Source: Tubulanus polymorphus
Lineage: Eukaryota > Animalia > Nemertea
Length of the DNA: 64,000 bases
Reading direction: 5' to 3'
NCBI RefSeq assembly: GCF_964204645.1
Contig: NC_134029.1
Span: 1,736,001-1,800,000 of the forward strand
The position numbers and the translations under genes are program-made. Below are positions 58,384 to 64,000 of this stretch, piece after piece. Within the stretch, counting starts at the first letter, position 1. Each line of letters begins with the position of its first letter. The notes beneath the pieces are model-generated. The model was not told where the DNA came from. It did not search any database and saw only the letters and a list, made by a program, of their open reading frames with translations.

Positions 58384-59231
58384 TGTAGGATCTCTTCTCT
58401 GACTTGCACGCGATGATAGATTAGTTGTATTATTCAGGTCGGGTTAGGGTTAGGATCAGCCACTATTGTCACCATAGCCACATTCCCCATAATGGAAAAC
58501 ATCTGAAATAGAAAATGAACTCGTGTTAATGACTAGTAAATTCTTATCTACAATTTACACTATCTATCTGACCATAGTATGACACATATTTCATTAGTTA
58601 GTACACTTGACTAGGAAACAATCAATTGTATGTTTTTTGTTTGTTCCGACCACAGACAATGTTGTGTTTTGAAATGCTACTCTCTATACCCTAGGAAATT
58701 AGTTATCTTCTGCCGAGAACCACCACTATCACCAGAAGCCATTCCGTTTGCCCCAACAAACCCGGCCCACAGGGGTTTGTCACACAATAACTGATGGTCT
58801 TAAATCAAAGACTCGACCCAGTATCAGAAAAAGGAAGCACAGCAGAGAAAAAAAACCACTGCTGCAGTGCCGCAGGGACTGAGCGAGGCAGGCAGGCAGG
58901 GCAGGCAGGAACGTAAAGAACGAACGAAATCAAAGAAGCAGGCAAGGGCAAGAAGACTAAAAAAGGCTTTTCACATTTTTCCCACTTCGATTGCTTTACC
59001 ACAAAGTGGGTGCTGATGATGATGGCAAGGCTTCATTAGTCATCATCAGTGATTAATTGATAAAACAATATCAGAAAGTAACATTATCTGCCTTTAAAAT
59101 GTATTTATTATCATTTCTCTGACCTGTCAAAACCTGAGTTTATGATGCGACCAGCTGATGGCGCCATCTGGGATGAAACTAAAACTAGGATCTACAGTCT
59201 GAAAATCCATGTCCGGCGCTTAGCCTTACCC

Positions 59232-60353
<1,122 letters not shown>

Positions 60354-60402
60354 TTACGGAGACTTTTATTATCGATAGAAACAGATTTATATTTCATTCA
60401 AA

Positions 60403-61599
60403 ATGGGTAAAGAAAAAGGTGGATTTTTAACCCCGAAAGCGATCGCGAACCGAATCAAAGCGAAAGGTTTGCAGAAATTGCGTTGGTATTGTCAGATGTG
60501 TCAGAAACAATGTCGCGACGAAAACGGTTTCAAATGTCACCTGATGTCGGAATCTCATCAGCGTCAATTGTTGCTGTTCGCCGAGAATCCGCACACGTAT
60601 ATCGATTCATTCTCTAAAGAATTCCTCGACGGTTACATAGAGTTATTGAAACGACGATTCGGTACGAAACGCGTCAACGCGAATCAGGTCTATCAGGAAT
60701 ACATCTCGTATCGGGAACACGTTCACATGAACGCCACAAAGTGGTTAACGTTGACCGAGTTCGTCCAGTGGTTAGGTAAAGAGGGTCACTGTACGGTGGA
60801 TGAGACGGAGAAGGGATGGTTCGTGCAGTACATCGACCGCGATCCAGAGACGATCAAACGTCAGGAGGCGTTGAAAAATAAAGAGAAAATGGAACTCGAC
60901 GACGAAGAACGAAATCAGAAATTTGTCGAGGAGCAGATGAAGCGGGCGGCGGCGACGGAGAAATCGAAACCGCAGGCGGAATTCACCGAATTGAAGCGCG
61001 ATAACGAAGAAGAGAAAGTAGCGTTTAGTTTCGGAGGTTTAACGAAGCAGACGACAGCAGTGGCGGTCGCCGCGGAGTCAGCTGGTAAAATCATCGTGAA
61101 AACTAACGCTTTAGAAACGTTGAAATCGGCGGTTTCTGAACCGAGCGCGAGTGGAAGTAAACCTACGGCTGAAAAACGTAAATCGGCCCTCGACGATATC
61201 ATCACCGACGAAGAGAACATGAAAGAGAAACGAAATCGTAAAGATTTCTGGCTCCACGAAGGAATCGTCGTGAAAATAGTCGCGAAAAAATTAGGCGAGA
61301 AATTCTATAAACGCAAGGGTGTGATTCAGAAGGTCGAAGATCAATTCACGGGAGTCGTTAAAATGAATGATTCCGGAGATAAATTACGCATCGATCAGAC
61401 TCATTTAGAGACGGTTATTCCGGCGATTGGTAAAACGGTTCTTATCGTTAACGGCGCTTATAGAAATACACAAGCTAAACTCGTCGACATTAATGAAAAG
61501 AAATTTTGTTCTACGCTTAAGATTAGTCAGGGTCCGTTGAAAGGGCGGGTTCTCGTGGGAATACCGTATGAAGATTTCAGTAAACTCGATGTGAAATGA
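60403..61599 (+). CDS. KIN: DNA/RNA-binding protein KIN17, intronless
   Basis: TPKAIANRIKAKGLQKLRWYCQMCQKQCRDENGFKCH zinc finger, winged helix HMNATKWLTLTEFV, and C-terminal SH3/KOW repeats. AATAAA at ~61633. Confidence 0.97.
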   Translation: MGKEKGGFLTPKAIANRIKAKGLQKLRWYCQMCQKQCRDENGFKCHLMSESHQRQLLLFAENPHTYIDSFSKEFLDGYIELLKRRFGTKRVNANQVYQEYISYREHVHMNATKWLTLTEFVQWLGKEGHCTVDETEKGWFVQYIDRDPETIKRQEALKNKEKMELDDEERNQKFVEEQMKRAAATEKSKPQAEFTELKRDNEEEKVAFSFGGLTKQTTAVAVAAESAGKIIVKTNALETLKSAVSEPSASGSKPTAEKRKSALDDIITDEENMKEKRNRKDFWLHEGIVVKIVAKKLGEKFYKRKGVIQKVEDQFTGVVKMNDSGDKLRIDQTHLETVIPAIGKTVLIVNGAYRNTQAKLVDINEKKFCSTLKISQGPLKGRVLVGIPYEDFSKLDVK

Positions 61600-61935
61600 T
61601 GTATTCTTGATTGAAATTCATGTATTGTGTGAAATAAAAATAATGAGTTTTTGTAGATCCTTTGAAAATAAATATATGATTGATGCATGTCATTTCCTTT
61701 CAAAGAATTTTTGTTTGTTGACTATTTAATGAATTCTTCAAATTTTTCGGAATGTAAGCTGGTGGTTTTAGATACTAGACTTCTATACAAGCGACGTAAA
61801 GCCAAACAATAAAGCAGCTGATCGTAATAGGTATATTCGATGGATTCGAACCCGTGTTTTACTCTTAATCCTCCTCCTCTGGCAATCGAGTATGGCCATG
61901 CTGCTTCTCGTCTATTGGCGCCAAATACGTCAGCT

Positions 61936-61976
61936 CGCGCATGCGTAGTAGATCTACTTCGCAAACAAGATGGCGG
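61936..61976 (+). promoter_or_regulatory. CpG-rich proximal promoter motifs of the TRIM gene (NRF1-like, YY1-like)
   Basis: CGCGCATGCGT at ~61936-61946 and CAAGATGGCGG at 61966-61976. Splice donor gtaagt at 62079. Confidence 0.45.
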
Positions 61977-62712
61977 AATAAAATAGCTGTCGCTGCGTCA
62001 TCAGTCCGAGATAAAATATCGAAAAACATGGCTGTTGAATTCAACTAGAAAGTGATAAAGGTGTTAGCAATAAACTTGGTAAGTGTGTGATTGTATTTGA
62101 TGTGTTTGAAGTGTGCTAATATGAGAAGACACGATGTAATTTGGAGTTTGAAGTGAGGTCCGGGGGGAGGGGAGGTCGGTCACGCCAGCATTCGTCGTGC
62201 AGCAGCAGAGCAGTATGCAGCTGAGAGCTATCAACGAGGACGTGTGCGCGGGCTCGGCTGCATCATGCTGAGATGTTCACATTGCACATTTGGCACTCTT
62301 AAGAGTTAACTAAATTCAACCCAGCCATTTATGGATGCAATAAACTTAATATTGTTGCTGGATGTTAATTCTATTTTATTTATCCTGTTCTGATGTTTCG
62401 TCAAACAAGATGGCTTCTCTCTTCCGTGTTGAATTAATTAAAACATTTCACCATCAGTTTCACTTTCATTTCTAATTGATAGATCCAGAACAAGCTATTT
62501 AAACTGCTTTCATCATAATAGATAATCAAATTTCATCAGATTTCTTGGACTTAGAATTATTATTTTCATTTTTCAGGAATTTTTTATTTTTTAAATATTT
62601 TTACAAGCATTGTGTGATCTTCGAAGATTTTGACTGAAAAAACAAAAAACTGAACTACAGTTAAACAACTATTAACGGGACGCGCGAAAAAAAAAACAAG
62701 CCGTTGTTTAAA

Positions 62713-63914
62713 ATGTCGTCGGTTTCGTCAAATAACTCGGTAACGTCGGAAGACGAGACTCAGTCGTTGAGTGGAGGTGATACTGCCGCGTTATTGATGA
62801 ACGAGGACTACACTTGTTCGCTTTGTAACGACAAGTTTAAGAATCCGCGAATCCTGACGTGTTTACACGTATTCTGTACCGTATGTCTAGAGAAGTTGAT
62901 GTCTGGTGACGATGATGATGATGATGACGAAGAATTAGAGGCGAGCGAAGATGAAGATGTGAAAGTGAAGAATCCCGATGTTTTAGTTTGCCCGACCTGC
63001 GAACAGGAGACGAGACTCGGCGAGAAAGGCATCGATGGTTTGCCGTTTGATTTTGTGTTGGCGAATTTACTGGATATGAGTGATATCGAGGAGAGGCAGA
63101 TTATCTGTACGAGTTGTAAAGCTAAAGAGAAAGCTGTCGCTCGCTGCAGTGATTGCGCTACATTTCTCTGTCCGAACTGTGTCACCGCTCATCAATATAT
63201 GAGATGTTTTGAGAATCACAAGGTAAATTAGTTTTATATTTCGATGGGTCTACACAAACTTCATATCATTGCCGTTGAGATTTTGATGGCATTGAACATT
63301 AAGCCCGGTGCGATTTTGATGGCATTGAACATTTAGCCCGGTGCGATTTTGATGGCATTGAACATTTAGCCCGGTGCTGCCAATTGTTCCTGATATTCAA
63401 TATTTGCTACCATTTTGTCTGCTAGAAATACTGATTTGATTCGATTGATGTGTACTTACTGAAAACGATGTTCATAATTACTGATTAATTAGAATATTTT
63501 CGTTCATGTTTCAATGATCAACTTGTCACTGATGAGAGGTTGGCAGCCCTGCTAACTCATTTGAATTTGCTTATTTGAGTGATCTATGTTTCTTCCAAGT
63601 TAGTTTGATTGATGGTACAGCCAGGGTTTAATTCTACTTGGCTAGACCTGCCCTTACAATTGAACGCATATTAATCCAGCTGTTATTTGATTGTACAGCT
63701 TGTAACTCTCACTTTCTGCTGTAATGAATTTGAAAGAAAGTTCACATAAACTGAAAGTGTGATTGTTGTTGAAATCTAATGTATGATTATTGATTCACAG
63801 GTTTTGACGTTTGAAGAATTGAAAAGTGCCGAGAATGGACTTTCTCTTCATCGACCTGTGTTCTGCCCTCTACATCCGACTGAGAATATGAAATATTTCT
63901 GCAATTCTTGTCAG
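62713..63914 (+). CDS. TRIM(-NHL) protein, mei-P26/brat-like; RING and B-boxes; exons 62713-63222 and 63801-63914, continues off the right edge
   Basis: RING CSLC...CLHVFCTVC...CPTC. B-box1 CTSCKAKEKAVARCSDCATFLCPNCVTAHQYMRCFENH. B-box2 FCPLHPTENMKYFCNSC. A RING plus this B-box1 fits mei-P26 best; the NHL repeats are outside the window. Confidence 0.75.
63279..63377. repeat. 33-bp minisatellite, 3 near-perfect copies, intronic
   Basis: gattttgatggcattgaacatt(a/t)agcccggtgc x3. Confidence 0.9.
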
Positions 63915-64000
63915 GTAAAAATAGAACGTTCAACGTTTAATCTATTAATCATGTGCGGAAATTAGAACACAAAAATTACAGAGCGTGCCCTTTGGATCTG

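Noticed and set aside
58441-58454. Telomere-like GGGTTAGGGTTAGG
   Set aside because: Only about two units; it encodes PNPNP of the minus-strand uORF and is too short to be an interstitial telomere.
61830-61905. tRNA-like B-box GGTTCGAATCC on the minus strand (a similar site is at ~39893)
   Set aside because: No complete cloverleaf or acceptor stem could be folded; at most a decayed SINE fragment.
63279-63377. 33-bp repeats as a CRISPR array
   Set aside because: Head-to-tail copies with no spacers, inside a eukaryotic intron: a minisatellite.

Overview
AT-rich, gene-dense eukaryotic DNA from an invertebrate metazoan with short GT-AG introns; there are no prokaryotic features. Eleven protein-coding genes can be reconstructed by hand, in order: ZNF474-like (-, runs off the left edge), CCDC87 (-), TSR2 (-), NuMA (+), SRA1 (-), STIM (+), SAXO5/TEX45-like (-), ATOX1 (+), PDZD8 (-), AK6 (+), intronless KIN17 (+). 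A twelfth, the 5' part of a mei-P26-like TRIM gene (+), runs off the right edge. Several short MITEs sit in introns. Top finding: the STIM gene has two tandem, frame-locked, mutually exclusive 101-nt exons for the Orai-gating apex of SOAR/CAD. One has Leu and the other Phe at the position equivalent to human STIM1 F394 / STIM2 L485, which suggests a splicing-based STIM1-like/STIM2-like switch in one gene. Second finding: intronless KIN17 starts only 49 nt after the AK6 stop codon, a candidate dicistronic or retrogene arrangement. Also noted are a GC-AG intron in ATOX1, an alternative donor adding a PKKKKR NLS to NuMA, a candidate truncating last exon in STIM, and uORFs in the PDZD8 and mei-P26 leaders. 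All gene calls rest on recalled motifs and manual exon joining; no database searches were run.
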